From positions 124,001-188,000 of the forward strand of contig JASVEC010000016.1 in assembly GCA_030770535.1 (NCBI GenBank): a stretch of 64,000 bases of DNA. The letters are read 5' to 3'. The translations under genes were made by a program, and so were the position numbers. Positions 14,801 through 27,522 of this stretch are shown here, piece by piece; position 1 is the stretch's first letter, and every line of letters starts with the position of its first letter. This stretch comes from Batkoa obscura (taxonomy: Eukaryota). The notes below the pieces were generated by a model. It did no database searches. It was not told where the DNA came from and saw only the letters and a program-made list of their open reading frames with translations.

Positions 14801-16148
14801 GTAGCCAATCGAAATATAATTTCCAATTTAGCTAATTTAACATAAATTGGATCATTATATTTACAAAAAAAAACTTTGATTTCTTCTTTTAAAATGCCAG
14901 GATGTTTTTGAATAATTAATAAAATATTTCTTAAAGCTACATATTGTACTTCAGGTCCAGAAGATAATAAAGTGACTAAAATAAATTAAAACAAAATTAT
15001 TAATTCCTTCTTTATAATTGAATCTTAAAATCATAGTTAAAAACTTACCAAGTGGTGGTGATAATTTTTTACAAAAATTTAAAACATCATCTTCTTTACC
15101 CATATAATTCATTAAATAAATAATTACTTTAATAGCATTAAGAACTACACTGGCATTGGCATGTTGTAATCGTGGCGCTACACGCTCAGCTAACATTTCA
15201 GCATCTCCAGGTTCTTGTGGTACTACATATAATAAAGTTTCAAGAATGTAAGCTTGGCCCCATCTAATTGAATTATATAGGTTAAAAGGATACTTTATAA
15301 AAATACAGATGCAAAAACTTACTCATTACATTCATTTAATGCAGCGATCAATTTACTAGCAATTCTAAGGTTGATTTGCAAAGTTAATTCAGGTGAACGC
15401 TCCGATATTTCAGCTAATGCAGCTACTGCATTAGAAACCACCTAAAATCAATAAATCAATATATTGATCTTTTTGCAACAATAGAAACATATCAAAAACA
15501 CATACCGTTGGATTAGAATCTAATAATAAATCTTTTAACATGGACATAAAACCTTCTTCATCAACTAAATTTCGATCATAAGAATATAATTTAGCTACAC
15601 AAGTAGCTGCCGTTTTTCGAACGTATGGATCACTATCTTTTAAACTTTTTCTTAATGGATCAATAAGAGAATCAATCACTTCTTTAACTTGAATATAACT
15701 CATAGTACGTATAGCTAATGCTCGAATTAATGGGTCTGGGTCATTAACGTCCTATGGTGAAAGTAGATTAATATTAATCATTATGAAAAAAGGAAGGTCA
15801 ATTTGTTTACTTACTCTTAAAAAATAAGCAATAGCTGTTTTAGTTTGTTCTGGTTTAGCTCTCGAATAATTAATCAAATAGAGATAAACCATTTTTTTAA
15901 TTTCTAATACATTGATTTGCATACAAGCTACTACATCTGTGTATAATGAAGACATATCATTTCCCATGGTCATGTTAGCTACTATCTTTTTCATTACTGT
16001 TTTCTTTTTTTGATGCTTGGGATCTTTCTTATCGGAGTTTAACTCATTGCGAAGTTCTTGGATTTTACCTAAAAGAGAATATTACTATGTTATTTATTAT
16101 AATCTACACCAAAGATGTACCCCGTTGAAAATATTTGGCATCTGACAT
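11847..16148 (-). CDS. APL1: Clathrin adaptor beta subunit (probably AP-2 beta), multi-exon
   Basis: [65 protein letters not shown]; Asn-rich hinge and ear domain. AP-1 versus AP-2 assignment is less certain. Confidence 0.85.
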
Positions 16149-16489
16149 GTTGTAGATTGTTTTTGTCAATTGAAAACTAGTCAACTATTTTTATTTGAGT
16201 TAAATTTATTAGTTTTTGGGTAAATTTGTTCAACCTACAAATGAATCATTTATAAGCAATCCATTTTAATTGGTTTAATTAAATTCCAGCAGTATTTTCG
16301 AAGTCTTTTGAAGCCACAATTGAATTTATAAATTTAAATTTAATATCAAATAAGTATATTATTTTTGATTGTTTAAAGAATAGCTCAAAACGCACATTAC
16401 TATTTTTAAAGTCTAGCTTTATTCTAATTAAAGTAATATAATCGTTTTTTTCAATATTTATTAATTTAATTATATAAAGAAAAACGGAA

Positions 16490-17126
16490 ATGAGTAAATC
16501 CACTTTAATAACCAACTTAAAAGCGTACACAAATACATTATTAAAAAAGAATGGTTATACTCAATTAGTGATGCCCAAAGTATCCTATCTATAATTGTAA
16601 AAAACTCATTGATTAATACCACTTCAGTCATGGACCCTAGTTAACGCGGACAGCGGTAAAGTAACTCATCAATTTCAAGTGGAAGAAAAGCATTTAGTAA
16701 GAAAAAATTGATAGAAAACAGTTAAATCTTTTATTAACTTATTTTTCCTAATTTTAGAATATCAACGATAGTTTACATGGTGGTTTTTTAGCTACCTTGA
16801 TCGATATGGGTGGTACCTTAGCCATCAATACTATGGATTTAAAACAAACAGGAGTTTCTACCGATATTAGTATTAGTTATTTAGCTGGAGCTAAACTGGG
16901 GGAGACAGTGAAGATGGTAATAACCTAAATGGTTTTAAAGATTTTTATTACTTTTTTATTTTGGTTGCTAATCATACAGTAGTCTTCTCAAGTGGATAAA
17001 CTTGGAAAAAATTTAGCTTATACATCTGTAAAAATATGGAAAGAACAAGGAGATAAACAAAAGGTTATTGCATTGGGTAGACATACCAAGTTTATTAGAT
17101 ATGCTGTGGAAGAGAAGGAAAGCTAG
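16490..17126 (+). CDS. Hotdog-fold acyl-CoA thioesterase (ACOT13/PaaI-like), 4 exons; absent from the ORF track
   Basis: Spliced translation MSKSTL...LVMPK|SWTLVNADSGKVTHQFQVEEKHL|NINDSLHGGFLATLIDMGGTLA...GVSTDISISYL...DKLGKNLAYTSV...IALGRHTKFI. Confidence 0.9.
16580..16627 (+). other. Intron with U12-like 5' splice site (GTATCCTA...CAG)
   Basis: The donor matches RTATCCT, unlike the GTAA/GTAT-type donors of the other introns; weak branch candidate TCATTGAT at 16606-16613. Confidence 0.5.
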
Positions 17127-17454
17127 AGAAATCAAAGTCAAGTCCCATGGTTAAGAATAAGTTTGGAATTTCCTACAGCTTTTTCTAAAATAAATTTTAT
17201 ATATGGGTAAGCTTGGAAACTCAAAGTTAAAGCTAAAATTTTCTATTTCATATTTTTTGTCCATTTTCTGTAACGTAAATTTTTGAAATTTTTTAGGTAA
17301 TACTGGATAAGAAAATGCTCATATATATATGGTTTTAGTTAGGCAAAAAGCGGATAATTTCATAGCATTTTGTGCTTGATTTTACTTTTTGTTAAAAATT
17401 TAAATTAGATAAAAATTGAATCAAGCTTCTAAACTAACTTATGTATTTTTATAT

Positions 17455-17553
17455 GGGGATGTATTTTTTTGTTTAAGATCTTTACTAACAATCTTTCCGC
17501 TTAAATAGCACTTAAAAAATGAAGAAAGTAATGAAACCAAAAAAAATAGCCCC
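17455..17553. mobile_element. MITE family copy 2
   Basis: ATAT-GGGGATGTATTT...TAGCCCC; opposite orientation to copy 1; right TSD decayed. Confidence 0.85.
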
Positions 17554-19362
17554 GAATTAATTTTTACTTTAATTTGCAAGTTTCATAGTTAAAATTTGCC
17601 TAAAAAAACATTTAAATGTTTATAAAAATGTTTTGATTTGATTTTGATTTTATAATAAAAATTCATTGAAAATTTTATTAACAAAAAAATGAATCATACT
17701 ATCTTGTTTGGATTACTTTTGAAAAACTTTATCCCTGGATATTAAAAGTGTTTGATTATAAAAATTGATAAGCTTTTATTTTATTTTATTTGAACTTTAG
17801 CCATTTAAATTAGTTTAAATTTTTAATACTTATAATTAAACAGTTGAATAACTACTATTTTATAAATATAAACACAGTTAAAAACAAAAATGATTTGCTA
17901 ATATTTTATTTTTATTTTCAATTATGTAAAATAGCTCTTTAAATAGTTATAAGCACTTTCTATTTTTTTTATATTAAAAACAATTTACACTAAATTTTTA
18001 TCTTATGGGATTTTAACTTTATACTAATATTGGTTAAAAATGGCTTATATGTTTAGTGGCAGTTAAAAAAAAGAAATCACTATAAATTTTTATTTGTTTT
18101 AAAAAAAACTCAAATAATAAATAGTTACTAAACAGGCAAAGGTTAATTGATTTGCCTTAATAAAGTAAAATTGAACACCTCTTCCTTGACTTTTTTTAAC
18201 TTTGACTCTGATATTAACCCTTCTTAACCTTAGTTTTAACCTTTATTATATACAAGCTGTATTTCTAAGCTTGGAAAGCTTCAATTGTTTCCTTGGTTAG
18301 TATTTTAACTATAGAACAAAATAAATTCTGCGAGAATTGGCAGGGAAAAATTAATTCCTATTTTTCTTGACTGTAACCTGATTTTTGCCTTAACTTTTCT
18401 ATCCCTTTTCTATCCAACACAAAAATTTAAAAATCATAGTTAGATTCTCTATGGAAAATCTATCAAACTGTATACTATAAAGTTAAACAAAAAGACAACC
18501 ATTTTTGTAGCAGGGAATGTTTTATTAACAGGTTTTATTAAAGATAAAACAGTAAAAAAATCAAGCTTTAGTTTTGACTAACTAATATTGAAGTTGCCAA
18601 TCTTTTGGATGGCACAAGCAAATTAAATTTGCCACTATTTCCATGCCAAGGTGCACTATAACAAGCCTAACTGGTCATAGTTTCGTTAGCTATTATTAAT
18701 TCAAGACAAGTTGAATTCAAGTTTAATTCTAACTAAATACAGAGTTATATAATTAGTAGGAGTTTGATAGAAAAATTCCACTCTGATCAAATAGAGCTTT
18801 CGAAAACCTTGTTATTCGAGTTGTTCAATTTTCAAGCTAATAAATTTAAGGCTAAATAGCCAAGAATAACTTTATTCTAAAAAAAATCTTCAATCTAAAA
18901 AAAAATTCTTTGAATGTAAATAGAATTTTTTTTTATTGGTTGGTAACGAATCCTAATATTTTTGGACGTAGCAGGTGGCTTAAAATATCGAACAGTTCTA
19001 AGTTTGTCAGCCTTTCAATTTAATAGTATTAGAAATAAAGTATTATATAATATTAACCTTATCATATTATAATATTATAAAAACACTAGCCTATTCAATG
19101 ATTAATAAAGCTATTTAAATTAATAACAAGCCTGGTTTTATAATGAACACGTCAATGATTGGTTAAGTGTTGAATTTTAATATGTAACAATATATTCCGA
19201 CTTTTAGTTAATTTCAATTAAAATTAACTGTTAAAAAATCAATCAGTTCAATTTTCTATTTGAAATTTTAAAGAAGCTTAATCTTTCTAATTTATCCTTG
19301 AATACTTTTATTATAGTACTTAAATTGATTAATATTCTTTCTTGTTTTATTCTATAATTACA

Positions 19363-20847
19363 ATGAAAACTGTTACTGTTGGTGGTAAGTATTTATTTTA
19401 TAATATGGGCTTAATTAATATATTTGTTTATAGGAAACCTTAAATTAGCCTGTGTGGTAACCATATTTAAAATGTATTAAAAAATTTATGTTAATTAAAA
19501 TTTAGCTAGTCGGATTACCTGCAAGAGGTAAAACATTTATTGGTCAAAAAGGTATTAAATATAGCAAACCATTTTCTATTTGTTAAAAATAAAAAGTTTC
19601 AAGATATCTTCGCTGGCTCGGAATCAGTACAAAGGTATTTAACGTTGGTAACTATAGAAGACGTGACTGGGGAGCTTCTCAACCACATACTTTTTTTGAT
19701 CCTAATAATGAAGAAGCTAAACATCAAAGGGAACAAAGTGCTAAAGAAGCACTTGAAGACATGTTTAACTGGTTTGAAGAGCATGGTGGAGAAGTAGGGA
19801 TTTATGACGCAACTAACTCAACGAAAGAAAGACGTGATTTTATTTTAGATTTATGTAGCCAAAATGATGTACAAGTAATGTTTGCAGAGTCTGTTTGTAA
19901 TGATGAAGAACTCATTCTTCAAAACATTATTGCAGTAAAAACAAATTCACCAGATTATGCTCAGTTAGAAGAAAAGCAAGCTGCAGTTCAAGATTTCAAA
20001 AACAGAATATCTCATTATGAAAAAGCCTACCAAACTATTGAAGAATTAGATTTAACTTATATAAAGATTATTAATGTTGGAGCTAAATATGTGGTGAATC
20101 GTATTAGAGGTTATCTTGAATCACGTATTGTATACTATTTGATGAATTTGCATATTGCACCACGATCTATTTTTATAAGTAGAGTAAGTTTAATTTTAAC
20201 TTCACCAAATTCAACACGACTTAAAAATTATTTAGCATGGCGAAAGCATATATAATACAGAGGGTAAAATTGGAGGCGATTCAGAGCTTTCACCTCAAGG
20301 CTCTCAATATTCAGAGACTTTACCTTTACTTATTAGTAAAAATTTTGATACTTCAAACCTTAAAGTGTGGACTTCTACAATGAAGCGTACCGTTGCTACT
20401 GGAAAAAATCTTCCATATCCAAAATTACAATGGAAAGCTCTAGATGAATTAGATGCTGGTGTGTGTGATGGTTTGACTTATGAAGAAATTGCTGAAAAAT
20501 ATCCGGAAGATTATGCAAATAGGGATGATGATAAACTTAGTTATCGTTATCGTGGAGGAGAATCTTACAAGGATGTCATTTTGAGGCTCGAACCAGTTAT
20601 TATGGAGTTAGAAAGACAACAAAATATTCTCATTATTGGCCATCAAGCTATATTAAGATGTATCTATGGGTATTTTATGGATCTTCCACAAAGTGAGATC
20701 CCATACATTAAAATCCCTTTACATACTGTTATCAAACTTACACCTATGGCTTATGGTACAGTAGAAGAACGCTTTTCTGCCGAAATTGAAGCCGTTGACA
20801 CTCACCGCCCTAAACCAGAAAAAAGTTCACCACCACTTAATCATTAA
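19363..20847 (+). CDS. 6-phosphofructo-2-kinase/fructose-2,6-bisphosphatase, multi-exon
   Basis: LVGLPARGKT, VFNVGNYRR, YDATNST, ISR|HGES (RHG motif split by an intron), LDELDAGVCDG, YRYRGGESY. Confidence 0.92.
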
Positions 20848-21530
20848 TTTGTTTTGAGGTTTCACATTGTTTTTTTCTCTTTTTGTTTTTTAATGATCTT
20901 TAAATTGTATTTTTTTAGTTTAGAAAACAAAGTTGGATTTTTTAGGGATTTATAAAATTTATTATTTTATTTTTAATACTTTCAGCTTGTTTTGCTCTTT
21001 TAACGATATTTTTTGTTCAACTACTATTTTAACTCATTGTTTCTCATATACTTTCTTTGATATCAGCTGAAACTTTCTACTAAACTTCATTTAAAGTTAA
21101 TTTTATATTTAAGTACTCAACATCATCTTCGACTACATCTGTTGCTCAATTACGTAATAAATTACAAATCCTTTAATAAAAAAAATATTAAGTATCTTAA
21201 AAGCAATATTCTAATTGGTGTTAAAAGCAACATTATTTTTTAAGAATTATATTGAAGTTTTATTCAGCATTCATTTGATTACAAACCATATTAAATTCTT
21301 GAATTTATTACAAATATCATAGTAATTTAAGTAAAACTTTGTTAATAAACTTTATACTACACAATAACCTATTAAACATTAAACTTAAGTTTGGATCCTT
21401 TTATTTTTTTAAATACGTTTAATATTCAAAGCTAATGAATATTATACAAACAGGACATGCAAATGGGTCCAGCATCCCATAACGTTTTGATAAAATCTTT
21501 TTTATTATTATTTTTCATTTTTAGTTAAAA

Positions 21531-24411
21531 TTATAGTCGTTTGTTAGATAACCATTCATTCGCATCAATAAATTGTTGTACAATTACATCACCTTCTTTT
21601 GAATTTCCTTTTAATGTTATAATTGCACTGTACACTTGATCCCAGAAATCAAATCCTCGGAAAAGATCCTCTTGTACATCCGCACAAGATGCAAATGTTT
21701 TGGGTAGTTGAGAAGGTTCAAACCAATGGTTTATGTCAGTTTCTGGGTATTGACAAACACGATCTAAAAAGAGTTTAGCTAGTACACCTAAAGCAGTATT
21801 TGTTTCTTGTACAAATGGAAGACTATATAATATTTATAAAATATTTAAAAAAGTTGAATAAAATTTACCGTTGTGCAATTTTTGTAATATCGGTTCTAGG
21901 CTTTACAGTTTCACCACCAAGTATTATACCCATTGCTACCATTTCGACATAATGACGTAAGCTACGGGATACGAGTCTAGCACAGCTTTGGAAGCACAAA
22001 AGATTGCGATCCACTGGTCCCTCCCATGGTGCCGTCTAATCTTTTTAATATTATAATTTTTTAATAAAAAAGTTTTACTTCATAACCGACTGTAATAAGA
22101 GATACAACTCTAGAAAAGAGACGAGCATGAGGAAGTTCATTTTCTATTTAAAAATTAGTTAAGAATTTTCAAATTTAAAAGAAATACCTGGAATATGAGT
22201 GGTACACATATCTTTATACTCAAATTCATATGGTTGGTTATTAAGGAGACCAAGTTTAAAAAGCTCTAAAGCTATAATCAATCCTTCCATACCATCATTA
22301 GGCATGTCTTCAAACCCATCTATAGCACTGTTCAATGCATTACCATAAGGATAAGTCCCATTAGGATGAGCAAGCATTCTAATATATAAATAAAATATAA
22401 ATAAAAAAATATAAATAAACGAATAAAAGCAAAATTACCCTCGAAGTTCGAGGAAACGTGTAATTGTAGTAACTAAAATTTGATCTACAGTTTTTAAAAG
22501 TGGGATCGGTCCAGAATCTTCGATTTCTAAAAATTTTGGTGATTGAGCAGCAATAGCAGCAAAGAATATATCAGATTCTCCTTGAAACTAAAATTGTGTA
22601 AGTATGATATTATCTATAATTAAATAATAGTATACATTTTGGCGTTGTTTTTCAGCTTCAATAAGATCGTGATTACAGCGCCATTTAGCAGTATGCAACT
22701 TTGGAAGAACAACGCTGTCATAAGGAATAAGATTATGTTCTTCTTTAGGCTCAAACCAATACACAGCATGCTTAAGTTTAAAATTTTAAAATCTTCAAAT
22801 TAAAGTTTTTTTTAAACAACTTACCACTTTGCGTGATTGGAAGAATCCATGTAAATGCCTGGTTAATAAAGCTAAAGTTTGAGATCTGATTTCAATCAAG
22901 TCATTTAACAATTTGCGGTACTCCTTAAATCCGTTACAAAGTGGCTGTGTGTCTACTATAATACCAGTAATTAATGCACTGACAACCTTATCAAAATGTT
23001 AAAAAAATATTTTTTTAAATATTTAAAAAAACTACATGATGACTTATAAGTCCCTTTGATAAATAATAGTACACTTCGTCAGGTAAACGATGTCCCATAA
23101 AAGTTTGTAAATCACTGTATGACGTTAGTAAATTAAATAGTAATAATATTAAAAATCTACTTTGGAGCAGTTTCAGCGTTACAAGGTTCAACTACTCCGG
23201 ATCTGCTAAGATAAGGTTGGTACTTGACAGAGCAGACAGCTCTACAGTAATTATCAACATAGTTTGTTCTGGCTACCTAAAAATATTCAATATAATGTCA
23301 AATAATAGTAAGTAAATCATCACCTCTGGATGTTCAGTAAATGCCTGAACAGCATTGAACCCAGTTTTGTGGTGCCTGACCATTTCCAAAGCAGCTAAAA
23401 TAAATATATTATTATAAAAGTATAATTTTTGTTAAACATCTTACATTTGAAAATTGAATTATTATTATCGCTTGCAAGTGGAGGAAATGTGGAGCAGTAA
23501 TCAAATCCAGCCAAAACAGCGATATCCAAAAGCTGGTCATCGTTGATTTGCATTTCTTGAAGAGCTTTACTTTTATGAATAAATGTAAATTCATTTTTCT
23601 GCGAAAAAGTTAGAAAAATTTAAATGACAAAAAAATAGCTTTACCTCAAAATTAATTGCAGTAATTAATTTTTCTACTCCAAATAACAAGGCCTCAGTTC
23701 CAGCAAGTACGGCGTGTGCTTGTCCCATTCTGGAAATGTAAGCTATCTATAAGAAATAAATATTTTAAATTGATGATTGAATAATAATTACTTGAGCCCA
23801 AGAAGAATATGGTGCACGGATAAAGTCTTCGTTATTTTCAGTCAAAGTCTTAAATACAATATTTAAAAGTTCAGGCTGATATGTTGAAGCTAAAACATGT
23901 TAATATTAAAAATTAATTAAAACCTTGAAATTACTAGCTGTATTCCAAAAAGAAGTAGCAAGTTCCGAATTTCCCTTTTCATACGCTTCCCAAGCTTGTG
24001 TGCGTTTAAGGGGACGTTTATCCTCAGTACTAAAGGGTCTGTCTTTTTTAAAGGGGGTTAATGAGGTAAATACGAAAGTGGCTTTAATTCCATTAGATCT
24101 TAAACTTTATTAGTACTTTAAATTAATAGTTGAAATGTCAATTAGTTACTTGAAATAGTTAAGTTCCTTAATAATATAATCATCTAAACCTATAGGTGCC
24201 CCTCCCATAGCGACAGTGGGAGATTCTTTATTGCTTCCTGTTAAAATCTTTTTCAACCATAAGTGACCCTCAACTAATATTTTACAATCTTTAAGAAGAT
24301 TTAACGGTACAGTTTGAATAAGTTGATGGTCTGCTAAATAAACTATTTTTTTTAAACTTATAATCAATCTATTTTACTATCCTTTTTACCTTCGAAATTG
24401 CGTACACCCAT
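21531..24411 (-). CDS. MKT1: Mkt1-like XPG/PIN-fold post-transcriptional regulator, about 16 exons
   Basis: MGVRNFE...LVEGHLWLKKIL; FIRAPYSSWAQ; WEGPVDRNLLCF; LPFVQETNTALG; GFDFWDQV. Confidence 0.75.
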
Positions 24412-25220
24412 AGTTATTGTTTACTTTTTGAAGAATAAATATAAGGATATGTATGATACCTTGATTCTTTATTTTTTTGATTTGTTAGAAACCAAATTTT
24501 CATCAATTAACTTCCTTAAAAGTTCACTTTATTTCTGTTTAATCCAATTAAATAGATAGAAAGGGGAAATGATTAAATAAGCAAATAGATTCTGTTTATT
24601 TTGGTAAATTTAAAAAAATAAGAGTTGCAATATAATATATTATACCCACATTATTTGATCGTTTAAGCTACTATTTAAAATTAAAATAAGTTGTGAAAAA
24701 TGATTTTATCTTGTAGTCATAATTACTATAAGTAGTACTAAGAAATATGTTTTAAATTTTAGCATTTAAAGCTAATATATGTAGATGTCTAAATTGATTT
24801 TAGAATTTACTTAAAAATTAATCTAAGTTTGTTTTTAAATTTATAATTTTTAGCATGTGATTAGTTAAATTTTTGTATTTAAGAGATTTATTTTAATTAT
24901 TTTCTTAATTAATTCTTTTGATTATGTATTTTATATTATTTCTATCAAATATTTAATAAGCATACAACATATAAATACATAGTTGCTTAACTTTATTTTT
25001 TATTAAAATAAAAATAAAAAAGAGAAAGTGTTAAAGTTTACTATTAATAATAATTTTAAGTAAGCAATATGTAAAGTTGATATCTTAAAAGAAATAGGAA
25101 ATAAAAATCAATAAATAGTATTATTATTGATTATAGTTCCAGTATATTATTTGATGAACATAGAAGTTTTGCATTTAATACAAATAAAAATTAAAAGTAA
25201 GCATATCAAAATTATTATAT

Positions 25221-25319
25221 GGGGATGTTTTTTTTGGCTTCATTATTTTTTCCATCTTTTAAGCACTATTTAAGTGGAAAAATTGTTAGTAAAATTTTTA
25301 AACAAAAAAATACATCCCC
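25221..25319. mobile_element. MITE family copy 3
   Basis: ATAT-GGGGATGT...ACATCCCC-ATAT. Confidence 0.9.
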
Positions 25320-26841
25320 ATATGGTGTGAAATCTGGTACTCAGTGATTGAAGTCAAAAACAGCTATTGGTGGGTTGACCACACTATAAGTCGAAAGGTC
25401 TTAGTTTATTTGATCAAGATAGATTTGGATTATGAGGAATAGCAAATAATATGCTACAGATTATGTAAAGCAAATAGAATAGACAATATTACTGTAAAAT
25501 TTAGATAAAATAATATCAAGAAAACTTAGTAGGTTTATTAAATGTACGAGATATCAGGGAATAATTCAGTTAAAAAGCCTCGAGCTATTATGTTTTAGAA
25601 TCTCTTTTATACTCCGATAAGTATAAATATCAAAACGAGGGGAGAATGTTCTTTGAGACGAAGATAGAAATTCTCATATCAAATCAAACTAAGAACGTGA
25701 GATTGATTTTCTCTGAACTCAAGAACACAACAGCTTAGGCAATTGTTATACTATAATTAACCATGGGACTGGCAAAGCGATATTTCACACTATATTTAAT
25801 CTTTTATGAAGGCTAATAAATTGACACAGATATTGTAATCTTAAAACAGCTCAAAATTTAAATAATGAACAAACACTAGTATTAAATGATAAATGTAAAT
25901 AATTTTAACATACTTTTACACAAAATAATAATATAGTATATTTATATAAAAATATTTCAAATTTTAATATATGATAAAAGTAAGACTAATAAACTTCAAT
26001 CCTTATTTATTGATTGACATAAAAATAGATAAAAATTAATTAAATCAAATGATAATTATTTATAATAGTCATTAAAATACTAAAGCTAATGTTTAAATAT
26101 CATTGATTAATTTTGTATGTACTTAGTTGTAAATATTTATACAGACTATGTTTTTTGAGATAATTGTTATAGAAAACAATACAAACCATTTAAAAATAAA
26201 TTCAAAAATATATTAGGATGTTAGATAATAAATACTTACTATTATTTTCTGAAAAGTAACACTATACATAATAATAGCATACAAGTTAGTTATGAAACTT
26301 CGTACATTCAAATATTGCCTTAACAGACTATATAAGATATTCAATTTAATAAACGTTTTTCAGGGAAACTAAATTATACATCTCAAATTATTTTAAATTT
26401 AATGTTGTAAAACTAAAAGAGACATTATAAATATAATCTTTAAAGGTAATCGTCATAGTATATATAAAAATGATCTATTTGATCTATTTGATATATAAAA
26501 CAAATGACAACTTAATTACCTAGAATTCTAAACAAACTACTTTTTTTAATTTTATTCAATAAAAGTCTTTTAAATAAAATAAAAAAGATCGTTCTTTTAG
26601 CAATAGTAAATTATTATCTAAAAATAGAATTTTGTGACAATTACTTTTCGAAAAGTTAGCATAACTTTGAGATAGAATTTTGTATAAATGCAATCAAAAT
26701 ATCAAAATAAATTCATCCATAAATTTTGTATCTTATGATATAAGCAATAATTAGGTTCTAAAAATAAAAACTCAATCATTTAGAATATTCTAATACTATT
26801 TAAATAATATTTGAATTATTTCTATTTTACTTTTAACTCCA

Positions 26842-27183
26842 ATGCAATTACTCAGATTCACTTTAGTTTCTTTATTCAGTGCCCTTGTTTCTTCAATAAG
26901 CAATAGTAGTACTTGTCCTACTATTACAGTAGGAAAGGATGTGATCATAACCAAAACTGTTACGTTAACTGCCACCCCGTCATGTTTACCATACTGCCAT
27001 CATACTACTGTAACATTAGAAAAGGATGTAATTGTTACTGATACTATTACTTTAACTGCCACACCATCATGTCTCCCATATTGTCGTCATACCACTGCGA
27101 CGCTAGAAAAAGATGTAGTTATAACTAAAACTGTTACGTTGACTGCTACTCCATCATGCCCAGCTAAAACCACATCAAAATAG
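26842..27183 (+). CDS. Small secreted Thr/Cys-rich protein with three ~30-aa tandem repeats
   Basis: Hydrophobic signal-like N-terminus; KDVI(I/V)T(K/D)T(V/I)TLTATPSC three times, with many synonymous differences between DNA units. Confidence 0.8.
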   Translation: MQLLRFTLVSLFSALVSSISNSSTCPTITVGKDVIITKTVTLTATPSCLPYCHHTTVTLEKDVIVTDTITLTATPSCLPYCRHTTATLEKDVVITKTVTLTATPSCPAKTTSK

Positions 27184-27375
27184 CTTTATTTGTAGTAAAT
27201 AAACTAAATTTTTATTATAATAGTCTTATTAACTGCTTTTAAAATCAGGTTTCTTAAATTTATAATATTATGAAATTAAAGTATCTACTATTAAATATTT
27301 AAATAAATAAAATTTAAACTGAAGTAATTCAACTTTATTAAGCTTTATACTTTAATTCAGGTTTTATGAATAAAT

Positions 27376-27522
27376 TTACCATGGAGTGCATGGAGGAACA
27401 TAAACAGTAGTGACAGTTACAGTTGAAGTCCTAGCATTGGTTATAGTCTTAGTAACACAAGGAGCAGTGGATTGAGAAGATACTAAAGCAGTAATGTAAA
27501 TAAGGGCTAAACTCAGTTTCAT
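27376..27522 (-). CDS. 48-aa secreted Thr-rich peptide (below the ORF-track cutoff)
   Basis: MKLSLALIYITALVSSQSTAPCVTKTITNARTSTVTVTTVYVPPCTPW*; GC-richer than its flanks; signal-like N-terminus. Confidence 0.65.
   Translation of the reverse strand: MKLSLALIYITALVSSQSTAPCVTKTITNARTSTVTVTTVYVPPCTPW

Noticed and set aside
15286..15293. GTATCCTT on the minus strand in the beta-adaptin gene
   Set aside because: It lies inside an intron whose frame-restoring donor is GTAAGT (NECNE|WGQ), so it is not a splice site
541..24411. Apparent antiviral/RNA-defence cluster (Dicer relic, deaminase, SLH1, MKT1)
   Set aside because: The deaminase is ADAT1-type without a dsRBD, the Dicer is dead, and unrelated housekeeping genes intervene; nothing indicates co-regulation
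25325..25790. GC-richer stretch that looks like a coding relic
   Set aside because: The frames I translated contain stops and no recognisable motif
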